From positions 1 to 34,049 of the forward strand of contig JALFLX010000001.1 in the NCBI GenBank assembly GCA_022774485.1: 34,049 nucleotides of DNA. Reading direction: 5' to 3'. This DNA comes from Bacilli bacterium (GTDB lineage: Bacteria; Bacillota_I; Bacilli_A; RFN20; CAG-288). Below are positions 24,970-33,831 of this stretch, piece by piece; the stretch's first letter is position 1, and each line of letters begins with the position of its first letter. The notes beneath the pieces were generated by a model. It saw nothing but the letters and a program-made list of their open reading frames with translations, did no database searches and was not told the origin of the DNA. Both the position numbers and the translations under genes were made by a program.

Positions 24970-25920
24970 ATGAATTTTGTCTTTTTTGATATTGAGTGCG
25001 CAAACTGTCTCAACGGAGAAGGAAAAATCTGTTCGTTCGGCTTTGTGAAGACGGACGAGCATTTTCAAGTGCTTAAGAAAAAAGATATTTTGATTGATCC
25101 AGATGCTCCTTTCTTGTTAGGAAATGCAAAGAGAGGAGATGGGATTAGACTCGCTTATCCTTTGTTCCGTTTTCGAAACTCATTCACATTCCCTCACTAC
25201 TACAAAGAGATCAAAACGCTGTTAGAGGATAAGAACAATATCTGTTTTGGATTTTCTGTGAGACAAGATGTCGCTTATCTGATATCCACCTGTAGAAGAT
25301 ATTCTCTTCCGATGATCAACTTCTCTTTCTTCGATATTCAGCAATTTGAAAAAGAGCTGTATCAGAGAAAAAACTGCTCCGGCCTTGACTCCTTGGTGGA
25401 ACAGTTCCACGTTCAGAAATACACTTATCATAGAAGTGATGATGATGCCTTGATGTCAGAAGAAGTCTTCGCTTCCATCTTAAAAGAGAAAGAGATTCCG
25501 CTCTCTGAGCTTTCTTCCCATTATGAAGAATGCTTTTTTGATACCGAGCGTATGGTGAATCTATTGAATGAAAGAAAGATTGCAAAAGAGAAAAAAAGAA
25601 TCTATCAAGAGAAAGTAGAGAAGTTGTTCATCAATGAAAAAGTAGACTACACCGGCTATGATAAGTACTTCTACAAAAGACATTTCTTTTTCTCTAACAA
25701 AGTGATTTCAGAGAACATCGATAAGCTTCTTGAAATGAAAAAGCAGCTCTCGAAAACAGGAATCATCTTTGAAAGAAATCCCAAAGAAGCTGATGCGATT
25801 GTCGTCTTATCAAAAATCGATTACGATGGAATCAATCCCTCACGAGTAGAACGTATGGAAGAACGTTCTCTTCTTTTCACTACGTTTTTAAAGCACGCAA
25901 AAAAGAGTAAGAAAGCATGA
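24970..25920 (+). CDS. DEDDh-type 3'-5' exonuclease (DnaQ-like) with extra C-terminal module
   Basis: The Exo I motif FFDIE sits at the extreme N-terminus, and the Exo III motif is YHRSDDDALMSEEVF (H-x4-D). The C-terminal ~90 aa (FFFSNKVISENIDKLLEMKKQLSKTGIIFERNPKEADAIVVLSK) look BRCT-like. The stop overlaps the prmC start (ATGA). Confidence 0.7.
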   Translation: MNFVFFDIECANCLNGEGKICSFGFVKTDEHFQVLKKKDILIDPDAPFLLGNAKRGDGIRLAYPLFRFRNSFTFPHYYKEIKTLLEDKNNICFGFSVRQDVAYLISTCRRYSLPMINFSFFDIQQFEKELYQRKNCSGLDSLVEQFHVQKYTYHRSDDDALMSEEVFASILKEKEIPLSELSSHYEECFFDTERMVNLLNERKIAKEKKRIYQEKVEKLFINEKVDYTGYDKYFYKRHFFFSNKVISENIDKLLEMKKQLSKTGIIFERNPKEADAIVVLSKIDYDGINPSRVERMEERSLLFTTFLKHAKKSKKA

Positions 25921-26720
25921 CATACGAACAGTTTTTTCTCTCAGCAAAAGAAGCCGAAATTCCACTTGCTGACATCAAAGTTGTGATGGATGCTTGTCTT
26001 CCTTACGGATTTGATGCGCTTGGAATTCACGGAAAAGAAGAGATTCCTTTCAATCCGTCTTATCTGCTTCAGAAGTTGAAAGACGGATACCCCGCTAACT
26101 ATCTTTCCGGTTATATCGACATTCAGAAGCTTCATCTATTTTTGAATGAATCCACCTTGATTCCAAGAAATGAGACGATTCAATTTGTTGTGGAATATCT
26201 TCTGAAGAAGAATTTCTCCGGAAAGAAAATATTAGATTTATGCACCGGTTCTGGCGTGATTGCACTCTTGTTAAAAAAGAGAGTAAACGATGCTTTTATC
26301 TTCGGTTCTGACATTTCACAAGAAGCGTTGTCTATGGCGGAGAAAAGCGCTTTTTATAACAACTTAGATGTCTCTTTTATCAAATCTGATTTTTTAGATT
26401 CAATCAGTGATAAATTTGATATCATCATCTCAAATCCTCCTTATATTCCCGAAGATAAAGAAGATGTCAACGCTCCTTTTGAACCAGAAGTTGCTCTATA
26501 TACAAAAGAAGGTGGACTCTATTCCTACCGCCGTATTTTTGAAAAGATTAAAGATCATCTCACCCCTGATGGCTCTTGTTATTTTGAATTAGAATCCACC
26601 ATGGCAGAAAAGGTGAAAAATCTCTTCTTATCGTTCTATCCAGATGAGTTTTCTGTATCGATCTGGCAGGATGATTATCAAAGAGATCGTTATCTTGTCT
26701 GTGAAAGAAAAATCAGCTGA
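25917..26720 (+). CDS. prmC: Release-factor glutamine N5-methyltransferase (HemK/PrmC)
   Basis: GYPANYLSGY...LIPRNETI, the SAM motif ILDLCTGSGVIAL, the catalytic IISNPPYI, FEPEVAL, and a C-terminal DDYQRDRYL. Confidence 0.85.
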   Translation: MTYEQFFLSAKEAEIPLADIKVVMDACLPYGFDALGIHGKEEIPFNPSYLLQKLKDGYPANYLSGYIDIQKLHLFLNESTLIPRNETIQFVVEYLLKKNFSGKKILDLCTGSGVIALLLKKRVNDAFIFGSDISQEALSMAEKSAFYNNLDVSFIKSDFLDSISDKFDIIISNPPYIPEDKEDVNAPFEPEVALYTKEGGLYSYRRIFEKIKDHLTPDGSCYFELESTMAEKVKNLFLSFYPDEFSVSIWQDDYQRDRYLVCERKIS

Positions 26721-26742
26721 ATTCTCCTTTCTTTCTCTTCTC

Positions 26743-26770
26743 AAAAGAAAATCCTTATAGGTTTTCTTTT
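26743..26770 (+). terminator. Weak AU-rich hairpin after prmC (possible terminator)
   Basis: AAAAGAAAA(T)CC-TTATA-GGTTTTCTTTT, with one bulge, followed by a T-rich tract. Confidence 0.3.
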
Positions 26771-26847
26771 GCCTTCTATTTTTACCATTAAGAATAAATA
26801 TATATGTTATATAATAGAGATATCAGCAGAACAGTGAGGAACACAAG

Positions 26848-28491
26848 ATGGCCTATCAAGCGTTTTACAATAAGTATCGTCCGCAAACTTTTGAAGAAGT
26901 CGTCGGTCAAAAAGCGATTGTCACTACATTGAAGAATGCGATTTTAGAAGATAAGATCGCACACGCATATCTTTTTTGTGGACCTAGAGGTACTGGAAAA
27001 ACGACGATGGCTCGACTGTTTGCGAAAGCGCTCAACTGCCAAGAGGGGGTTGGAAAACAGTGCAATCACTGCGAATCCTGCGAGAAGATTATGAAGGGAC
27101 AACATCCCGATGTCATCGAGATTGATGCTGCTAGTAACTCCACTGTCGATTCTGTCAGACAGCTCATTGAAAATGTCTCTTATCGTCCGATCATGTCTCC
27201 CTATAAGGTGTACATCATCGATGAAGTTCACAATATGTCAGACTCTGCGTTCAACGCTCTATTAAAGACGATCGAAGAGCCACCGAGCTTTGTGATTTTC
27301 ATCCTAGCGACAACAGATCCTCAAAAAGTATTACCGACCATCCTCTCACGTGTTCAGCGCTTTGACTTCTCAAAAGTCAGCGAAGAAGACCTCATCCGCA
27401 ACGAGAAGAGAGTTTTAGACACGGAGAAAATTCAATACGATGAAGAAGCGCTCCGCCTGATCGCATCCTTGAGCATGGGCGGTGTTAGAGATTCCCTTTC
27501 TCTTCTTGACAAGGTTGTCTCTTACTGCGGTGAGAAAGTCACGTTCGATGAAGTGAATGAAATGATGGGACTTCTCTCCTTAGAAGAAGAGATTACTCTC
27601 ATCAATCAGATTGAGAAAAAACAGACAGATGTCGTCATCAAAACCATTCAAGAGAAGTTTGATAACGGCCTTGCTATCCGAAGATTAGAGAGTGATTTCA
27701 TTCAAATCTATAAAGATTTTCTCCTCTTCACTTTGACCAAAGATGCCAGCTTGATGGAACGTCTCAAAGAGAGTGAAGCGAAGAAATTATCTCTTTCTCT
27801 CTACTCTGCAAGACGAAACTTAGACATCTTGATTCAGTGTCAGAGAGACCATCGACTCAGCGATGACTTCTTAACTCAGTTTGAATTAGCTTTGATCAAC
27901 ATGATGAGCGAACCGCTCATCCAAGAAGTCGCTGTCAAACAAACTGAAAAGAAAGAAGCTCCGAAACAAGAGGTGAGAAAAGCGGTTGAGGTCAAGACAG
28001 AGAAGAAAGATGGAATGGAGTTTAAACCGGAAAACGTCGAAGTCAGCACAGATGAAATCACCTGCAGCAAAGATGAGCTTCTCTATCTCATGTACCACTT
28101 CGACAACAATAAAAGAACCAAGTTCACAGAAGCTTGGAAGAAATTATCTGATTTCTTCGCGACGGATTACTCCTTTGAAGCAAGGGCACTCACAAACTCT
28201 GTCCCAAGACTCTTTGCAGAAGGTATTCTTGTCGTCACTTGTAAATACATGACAGATATCAAGAGAATCAACGGAAAGAATATCCAGAATAGACTCGTAT
28301 ACTTGATGAAGCAGATTGAAGGAGAAGAGGTCAATGTCTTACCGATCTTCCACGATGATTTCCAAGATGCGATTCAATCCTTCAAGAAGAAAGAACAACC
28401 GAAAGTAGATTCCATCCACATCGACTTCGGGCAAAAGCAGAATTTAAACGCCTCCACAGATTTCTTCAATGATCTGATGAAGGGAGAATAA
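26848..28491 (+). CDS. dnaX: DNA polymerase III subunits gamma/tau
   Basis: YRPQTFEEVVGQ, P-loop GPRGTGKTT, zinc module CQEGVGKQCNHCESC, Walker B IIDEVH and sensor SRVQRF. GTGAGGAA RBS. Confidence 0.95.
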   Translation: MAYQAFYNKYRPQTFEEVVGQKAIVTTLKNAILEDKIAHAYLFCGPRGTGKTTMARLFAKALNCQEGVGKQCNHCESCEKIMKGQHPDVIEIDAASNSTVDSVRQLIENVSYRPIMSPYKVYIIDEVHNMSDSAFNALLKTIEEPPSFVIFILATTDPQKVLPTILSRVQRFDFSKVSEEDLIRNEKRVLDTEKIQYDEEALRLIASLSMGGVRDSLSLLDKVVSYCGEKVTFDEVNEMMGLLSLEEEITLINQIEKKQTDVVIKTIQEKFDNGLAIRRLESDFIQIYKDFLLFTLTKDASLMERLKESEAKKLSLSLYSARRNLDILIQCQRDHRLSDDFLTQFELALINMMSEPLIQEVAVKQTEKKEAPKQEVRKAVEVKTEKKDGMEFKPENVEVSTDEITCSKDELLYLMYHFDNNKRTKFTEAWKKLSDFFATDYSFEARALTNSVPRLFAEGILVVTCKYMTDIKRINGKNIQNRLVYLMKQIEGEEVNVLPIFHDDFQDAIQSFKKKEQPKVDSIHIDFGQKQNLNASTDFFNDLMKGE

Positions 28492-28504
28492 AGGAGAGAA
28501 CACC

Positions 28505-28855
28505 ATGGATGATGAAAACATGAAGAACGCCAAAAGAGCAGCCGATATGGTCATGCTCCAGAACAAAGCGAGAGACTTTCAAGACAAGATGACAGCCCTC
28601 TCCAACAAAGAGTATCAAGGAAGATATCAGGGAATCGAAATCAAGATGAAAGGTGATTTCACTCTAATCAATGTCCACATCGATCAAAGTCTTTACGAGA
28701 CTGGTGGAAAAGGTCAAATTGAAAAAGCATTTTTCACCTTGACCAACAATCTCGTCAACGCCATCAAACAAGAGAGCGAGATGATGCAAAAAGAATTCCA
28801 AGAAGAGCTGATGAGAATGAGAAAGGATTCTGAAGAACCAGATGGAAGCAATTAA
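28505..28855 (+). CDS. ybaB: YbaB/EbfC-family nucleoid-associated protein (divergent)
   Basis: 116 aa in the conserved slot between dnaX and recR. The layout fits the family: an N-terminal helical MLQNKARDFQDKM, then a central beta region (GIEIKMKGDFTLINVHIDQSL), then a C-terminal helix. AAAGGAG RBS. Confidence 0.7.
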   Translation: MDDENMKNAKRAADMVMLQNKARDFQDKMTALSNKEYQGRYQGIEIKMKGDFTLINVHIDQSLYETGGKGQIEKAFFTLTNNLVNAIKQESEMMQKEFQEELMRMRKDSEEPDGSN

Positions 28856-29450
28856 GACAATCCAAGATCTCATCGAATGCTACAAAAAACTTCCAGGAAT
28901 CGGTTTTAAAACTGCTGAGCGCTTAGCCTACGCTACGCTTCATCTCACAGTGGAAGATAGAAATCGGTTTATCCTCGCTTTGACTGATGCAAACGAAAAA
29001 GTTCAGAAGTGTCCAAAGTGTGGAACTTTCTTCGATGATCAGTGCCCTATCTGCTCCGATCTTAATAGAGACCACAGTGTTTTACTCGTCGTATCCGACA
29101 GCAAAGATATCTTATCCATCGAGAAGACAAACGGATATCACGGAGAATATTTCAGCCTAAAAGGAACGCTTTCTCCCTTAAAAAACCGCACTCCGGAAGA
29201 GATTGGAATCCCGCAGTTAAAACAGAGAGTGGAAAAAGAAGGAATCAAAGAGATCATCTTAGCACTCCCGACTGACCTCGAAGGGGAAACCACAGCGATG
29301 TACCTTGCAAACATCTATCGAGATAACCCAGATGTCTCTATCACAAAGCTTGCAAACGGCATTCCGATTGGAACCGATCTCGAATATTTAGACAACATGA
29401 CAATCACCTCTTCCCTCAAAGGAAGAGTGAGTCTCAAGAAAGGAAACTGA
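28842..29450 (+). CDS. recR: Recombination protein RecR
   Basis: HhH motif LPGIGFKTAERLAY, C4 zinc finger CPKCGTFFDDQCPICSD, and Toprim DLEGETTAMYL. Confidence 0.95.
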   Translation: MEAIKTIQDLIECYKKLPGIGFKTAERLAYATLHLTVEDRNRFILALTDANEKVQKCPKCGTFFDDQCPICSDLNRDHSVLLVVSDSKDILSIEKTNGYHGEYFSLKGTLSPLKNRTPEEIGIPQLKQRVEKEGIKEIILALPTDLEGETTAMYLANIYRDNPDVSITKLANGIPIGTDLEYLDNMTITSSLKGRVSLKKGN

Positions 29451-29452
29451 AC

Positions 29453-30085
29453 ATGAAAAGAGGATTATTCATCTCTTTTGAAGGTTGCGATGGTTGCGGA
29501 AAGACAACCGCGTTAAACCTAGTGAAAGAAAAACTTCACGCCTTAAACATCGACCCTCTTTTCACAAGAGAGCCTGGCGGTTCAAAAATCGCAGAGCAGA
29601 TTCGCAATATCATCTTAGATCCCAAAAACACCGAAGAGGACTGTAGAACCGAAGCTTTGTTGTATGCGGCAAGCCGCAGACAACACCTCATCGATGTTGT
29701 CCTTCCTGCATTAGAAGAGGGAAGAATGGTCATCTCTGACAGATATCTTGATTCCTCTTTAGCCTATCAAGGACATGCTAGAGGAATCGGAATCAAAGAA
29801 GTGTTATCCATCAACGAATTCGCAATCGATGGCATCTATCCTGACCTCACTTTTTTCTTAGACCTCTCTCCTGAAGAAGGAATCAAGAGAATGCAAGGAA
29901 GAGAAAGAGAAGCTGACCGCCTCGATATCGAAAAAGAATCGTTCCATCAGAAGGTCTATGAAGGTTATCAAATTATCAACGAGATGTTCGCTTCTCGAAT
30001 CATTAAAATCGACGCCTCTAGAACTCCAGATGAAATCGCCTCTGAGATTGTCTCAATCATCATAAAGAGGAGCAACAATGGATAA
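29453..30085 (+). CDS. tmk: Thymidylate kinase
   Basis: P-loop FEGCDGCGKTT, DRYLDSSLAYQG, and a LID region. Confidence 0.95.
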   Translation: MKRGLFISFEGCDGCGKTTALNLVKEKLHALNIDPLFTREPGGSKIAEQIRNIILDPKNTEEDCRTEALLYAASRRQHLIDVVLPALEEGRMVISDRYLDSSLAYQGHARGIGIKEVLSINEFAIDGIYPDLTFFLDLSPEEGIKRMQGREREADRLDIEKESFHQKVYEGYQIINEMFASRIIKIDASRTPDEIASEIVSIIIKRSNNG

Positions 30086-31079
30086 AGAGACTTTTCTCAC
30101 CAAAGAGAAAAAATTAGCGAAATTGATTCTCAATTCTAGGAAGAACAACAGACTCTCTTCCGCCTACCTTTTCTCTGGGCCAAGAAACGCTCCCTTAAAA
30201 GAGTGTGCCCTCTATCTCGCTCAATCTCTCGGGTGTGAAAATTCACTCTTAGCTTGCAACGAATGCAACAGCTGCAAACGTTTCTTAAAAGGAATCCATC
30301 CAGACTTCATCCTCATCGATGGAGAGAAGAAACGCATCAAAAAAGAAGATATTCAAAACCTAGAAGAGAAGTTCTCCCAATCTGCTTTCGAGAACAAACA
30401 CCAGCTCTGCTATGTTATTCATCACATAGAGAACATCACGGAAAAAGCAGCAAACACCATCTTAAAATTCCTTGAAGAACCAAAAGAAGGACAAATAGCA
30501 ATCCTCACCACCACAAACCCGGATAAAGTCTTACCCACCATCCGCTCAAGATCCCTCATGGTCGATGTCGATCCGATCGATATCGATAAGATGAGAGAAT
30601 CTCTAGAAAGTTATCCTCTTGAGATAGAAGGGAAGAAAAAGAAAGAGGTGATACACCTCTCTTCTAGACACGCTTACTTCCTCTCAAAATTCTTCCCGAG
30701 CAAAGAAGCCGCTCTCAATGAGCTCATGAGTGATAACTCATTCCTCACTGGCTTTGAGATGGCAGAACAGTTCTTCGAAGAATACCTAGTCAGCAGACAG
30801 AGAGCATGCTTTATGATTTTGAATCAATCAAGTCAGAAGAAAGGCGCCTCGTGCTATAATTGGATGTATTTGATGATGCACGATATCTTCGTCTCTGCCC
30901 GTTTGAAACAAAATTCAGAAAATCATCCCTTCCACGAAGTGATTCAGGCGCTCTCTTTAGACCTAAAACATGTCGAGAAAGCGGATGATGTCGTCAAAGA
31001 AGCGTTGAGCTACGCCCATGTCAATTACAACCCGATTTTAATCGGAGCCAAAATCGCATACAGCTTCATACAGGAGTAA
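30078..31079 (+). CDS. holB: DNA polymerase III delta' subunit
   Basis: AYLFSGPRNAP (degenerate P-loop), zinc module CNECNSCKRF, TIRSRS, and the conserved position after tmk. Confidence 0.85.
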   Translation: MDKETFLTKEKKLAKLILNSRKNNRLSSAYLFSGPRNAPLKECALYLAQSLGCENSLLACNECNSCKRFLKGIHPDFILIDGEKKRIKKEDIQNLEEKFSQSAFENKHQLCYVIHHIENITEKAANTILKFLEEPKEGQIAILTTTNPDKVLPTIRSRSLMVDVDPIDIDKMRESLESYPLEIEGKKKKEVIHLSSRHAYFLSKFFPSKEAALNELMSDNSFLTGFEMAEQFFEEYLVSRQRACFMILNQSSQKKGASCYNWMYLMMHDIFVSARLKQNSENHPFHEVIQALSLDLKHVEKADDVVKEALSYAHVNYNPILIGAKIAYSFIQE

Positions 31080-31082
31080 TTT

Positions 31083-32303
31083 ATGATCACATTATTAGGA
31101 ATCCCTTTTGATTTCCAAGGGTTGAGTTATTATCGCACCGATAAAAACATCGAAATCGGCGAACAAGTCATCGTCAAAACCGATCACGGAACCTATTTAG
31201 GAACTGTCAAAAAGATGAGAGTCGCCACCGAAGAAGAGCTAAACAGCCCCGATTTCGACACGACATTCCCAGCGATTGAACGCATCGCCACTTATTCTGA
31301 CAAAGCGTTAGATAGAGTTGCAAAGCAAAGAGCGATCGCTCTCACCAAAGACACACAAAAACAAGCAAACAGCCTCAATTTAGGCATGAAAGTCTTAAGT
31401 TCGTATTTCGATTGCGAAGATAATAAAGCGCTGATCACTTTCACCTCGGAAACTAGAGTTGACTTCAGAGAGCTTGTCAAAATCTTAACTGGCATGTACC
31501 GCATCAAAATCGAGCTTAGACAAATCGGTCCAAGAGACCAAGCCCGCCTTGTCGGTGGAATCGGCCCCTGCGGACTCCCGCTTTGCTGCACGACCTTCTT
31601 AACTTCCTTTGACGGTATCTCAATCGCCATGGCTAAAAATCAACTGCTTGCCATCAACATCCCTAAACTTTCCGGACAGTGTGGAAAGCTTATGTGTTGC
31701 TTGAAATATGAAGATGATGCCTATCAGAAAATCAGACCGCTCTATCCGAAAATCGGAGAGAAGTTCACTTACAACAAATCTCAGTATGAAGTCACCGGTC
31801 TTAACTTATTGACAGATACCATCACCACCTACAATGGTGAAAATTATGAATCTTTCACCAAAGAAGAGTTTGAGCGTGTTAAGAAAGGTCTGACCAAGAC
31901 CGATGAGAAACCGGTGATGTATAAAGACATCAACTCCGGTGTCGATTTAAGCGGTCATGGCATCAGCGACACCAACAACAGAATCGCTCAGATCAAACGC
32001 AATGAAGAGCGGAGAAAAGAAGAGAAAGAAAGAAACAACCAGCAGAATCAAAAAGGAAGTGGTAAACAAAATAACAGCCAGAACAACAACACTTTCCAGA
32101 AGAATAAAGACCGTAACAACAGACCGAATAACCAGAACAACAGAAACAACAACTCTCCCAGGAACAACCAGCAGAGAAAAAACACCTTCCGAAACAATCC
32201 TCACAAGAGCTCTACCTCCTCTAGCGGTTTTATCCCAGTCTCTCAGATCCAAGACAAATCTGTTTTGGATGTGAAACCAATCAAAAATGATGATAAGAAA
32301 TAA
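31083..32303 (+). CDS. ricT: PSP1-domain protein RicT/YaaT with a long low-complexity C-terminal extension
   Basis: The PSP1 core is ELRQIGPRDQARLVGGIGPCGLPLCCTTFL ... CGKLMCCLKYE. After about residue 270 comes an Asn/Gln/Arg/Lys-rich tail. CAGGAG RBS. Confidence 0.88.
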   Translation: MITLLGIPFDFQGLSYYRTDKNIEIGEQVIVKTDHGTYLGTVKKMRVATEEELNSPDFDTTFPAIERIATYSDKALDRVAKQRAIALTKDTQKQANSLNLGMKVLSSYFDCEDNKALITFTSETRVDFRELVKILTGMYRIKIELRQIGPRDQARLVGGIGPCGLPLCCTTFLTSFDGISIAMAKNQLLAINIPKLSGQCGKLMCCLKYEDDAYQKIRPLYPKIGEKFTYNKSQYEVTGLNLLTDTITTYNGENYESFTKEEFERVKKGLTKTDEKPVMYKDINSGVDLSGHGISDTNNRIAQIKRNEERRKEEKERNNQQNQKGSGKQNNSQNNNTFQKNKDRNNRPNNQNNRNNNSPRNNQQRKNTFRNNPHKSSTSSSGFIPVSQIQDKSVLDVKPIKNDDKK

Positions 32304-33159
32304 TCCATACCAAGATGAGACAAAGGGAATCCTCACCCTAGTCTCCACTCCGATCGGCAATCGAGATGATATCACCCTCCGCGCCCTAAACGCTCTCAAA
32401 GAAGCGGATATCATCGCGTGTGAAGACACGAGAAACACCTCTCTTTTAGTCAGCAGTTACGGCATCAAAAATAAAAAATATGTCTCTCTTTACGCTCAGA
32501 CAGAAGCAAGGGATGCCAAAGCGCTTGTCGAACAGATCAAAAAAGAGAATCTCAAAGTCTGCTACTGCTCTGATGCCGGTATGCCTGGCATCTCAGACCC
32601 CGGTGCGATTCTTGTCAAAGAATGCTATCAACAGAATGTCAATGTCACCATTCTTCCAGGGCCTAGCGCCTCTCTTTCCGCATTAGTCCTCTCCTCTTTT
32701 GACACTGCTGATTTTTCATTCTTCGGCTTTTTACCGACCAAAGATGGTCAGATTAAAAAGTTCCTCACCCCGTTAAAAGAGAGACAAGAGACACTGATTT
32801 TCTATGAATCTCCCAAGAGAATCCGTCATACTCTTGAACTTGTCTCTGAAGTCTTTGGGCCAGAAAGAGAAGTCGCAATCGTAAGAGAACTCACCAAAAT
32901 TCACGAAGAAACCATCGCTTCAAAAGTCAGCGAGATTCTTTCTTCATCCTTTGAAGAAAAAGGAGAATTTGTCCTCATCATCAAAGGATCAGAAGAGAGA
33001 ACAATCGATCAAAAAGAGATTGATAACAGAATCAAAGAGGGGTTAAAAGCAGGAAAGTCCTCCTCTTCTTTAGCCAAAGAAATCGCTGCTGAACTCTCTC
33101 TTTCAAAAAATCAAATCTACGATCGAATTCTCGCACTCTCAAAGAAGCTAAGAGGTTGA
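32287..33159 (+). CDS. rsmI: 16S rRNA (cytidine1402-2'-O)-methyltransferase
   Basis: LVSTPIGNRDDITLRALNALKEADIIACEDTR, SDAGMPGISDPG and FYESPKR (tetrapyrrole-methylase fold family). Confidence 0.92.
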   Translation: MMIRNNPYQDETKGILTLVSTPIGNRDDITLRALNALKEADIIACEDTRNTSLLVSSYGIKNKKYVSLYAQTEARDAKALVEQIKKENLKVCYCSDAGMPGISDPGAILVKECYQQNVNVTILPGPSASLSALVLSSFDTADFSFFGFLPTKDGQIKKFLTPLKERQETLIFYESPKRIRHTLELVSEVFGPEREVAIVRELTKIHEETIASKVSEILSSSFEEKGEFVLIIKGSEERTIDQKEIDNRIKEGLKAGKSSSSLAKEIAAELSLSKNQIYDRILALSKKLRG

Positions 33160-33161
33160 TA

Positions 33162-33785
33162 ATGAAACGAAATTGGAAGAAGAAATATCTCATCCTCTCG
33201 TTATTTCCTCTTCTTCTTTCCTCATGCCAAAATTCATCGAAACAGTGCTATCGCTGCAGCATGGGATATATGCTGACCTCCACTTTTTCTCTTCCTTATT
33301 CTCTGATTCTAAACCATCAGATACAAAGAGAAAGCTATCCTGAAATCACTGCTGAGCCCTATTACTCCAATCTCTATGTGCTGACAAATCAAGAAGCTGT
33401 CGATGATTTCTATTCCCGCTATCACGAAAACATCTCTTCAGAAGAAATCCACAAAAATCAAACACTTCCTAACGGAAAAATTTATCTCTACGCGATTTCT
33501 GATGTTCCTAAAGGCTATCTCGCTTACAAGCGCGATAACACACAGGATAACAGCGAAGAAGAAATTCAGCTTGTCACGGATAACCTTTATTATTACGCGG
33601 ATAACCCGACCTTATACTACCTTTCTATCGACATCAAAAAGAATGAAAGCATCACCGATGATGGTGTCTTCTCTTTCTTTTTTATCCTTCCTGACACATA
33701 TAAAGAGAAGCTGAATGAGGATAGAATCCGCATCCGTTATCAACTATTTCAAGAAGAAAGCACATCTCATCTTTTGGATGAATAG
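33162..33785 (+). CDS. Lipoprotein of unknown function
   Basis: MKRNWKKKYLILSLFPLLLSS-C lipobox. AGAGG lies 6 nt upstream of ATG 33162; the ORF-track start at 33156 is a TTG inside the rsmI stop region. I recognise no family motif. Confidence 0.65.
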   Translation: MKRNWKKKYLILSLFPLLLSSCQNSSKQCYRCSMGYMLTSTFSLPYSLILNHQIQRESYPEITAEPYYSNLYVLTNQEAVDDFYSRYHENISSEEIHKNQTLPNGKIYLYAISDVPKGYLAYKRDNTQDNSEEEIQLVTDNLYYYADNPTLYYLSIDIKKNESITDDGVFSFFFILPDTYKEKLNEDRIRIRYQLFQEESTSHLLDE

Positions 33786-33790
33786 AAGTT

Positions 33791-33831
33791 CTACTCGAAA
33801 AAGTCTTAAATATCAAAAGTTTTTCGAGTAG
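33791..33831. repeat. Perfect 12-bp inverted repeat CTACTCGAAAAA / TTTTTCGAGTAG with a 17-nt spacer
   Basis: The arms are 33791-33802 and 33820-33831, starting 5 nt after the lipoprotein stop. Neither side has a flanking U-tract. Confidence 0.6.

Noticed and set aside
26721-26847. SRP RNA (ffs/scr) gene, which often precedes dnaX in Bacilli
   Set aside because: The spacer is only 127 bp and AT-rich. It holds one weak hairpin and a promoter-like TATAAT. There is no domain-IV-like GGAA tetraloop helix.
27611-27630. Programmed -1 frameshift site in dnaX at the run GAG AAA AAA CAG
   Set aside because: It is not the A AAA AAG heptamer, and there is no downstream stem-loop or upstream SD-like enhancer. 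Gamma production by frameshifting is not known in Firmicutes.
31947-32438. 163-aa antisense ORF and 105-aa out-of-frame sense ORF over the ricT tail
   Set aside because: They are by-products of the AAC/CAG-rich low-complexity coding sequence, in which stops are rare in other frames. Neither has an RBS or any motif.
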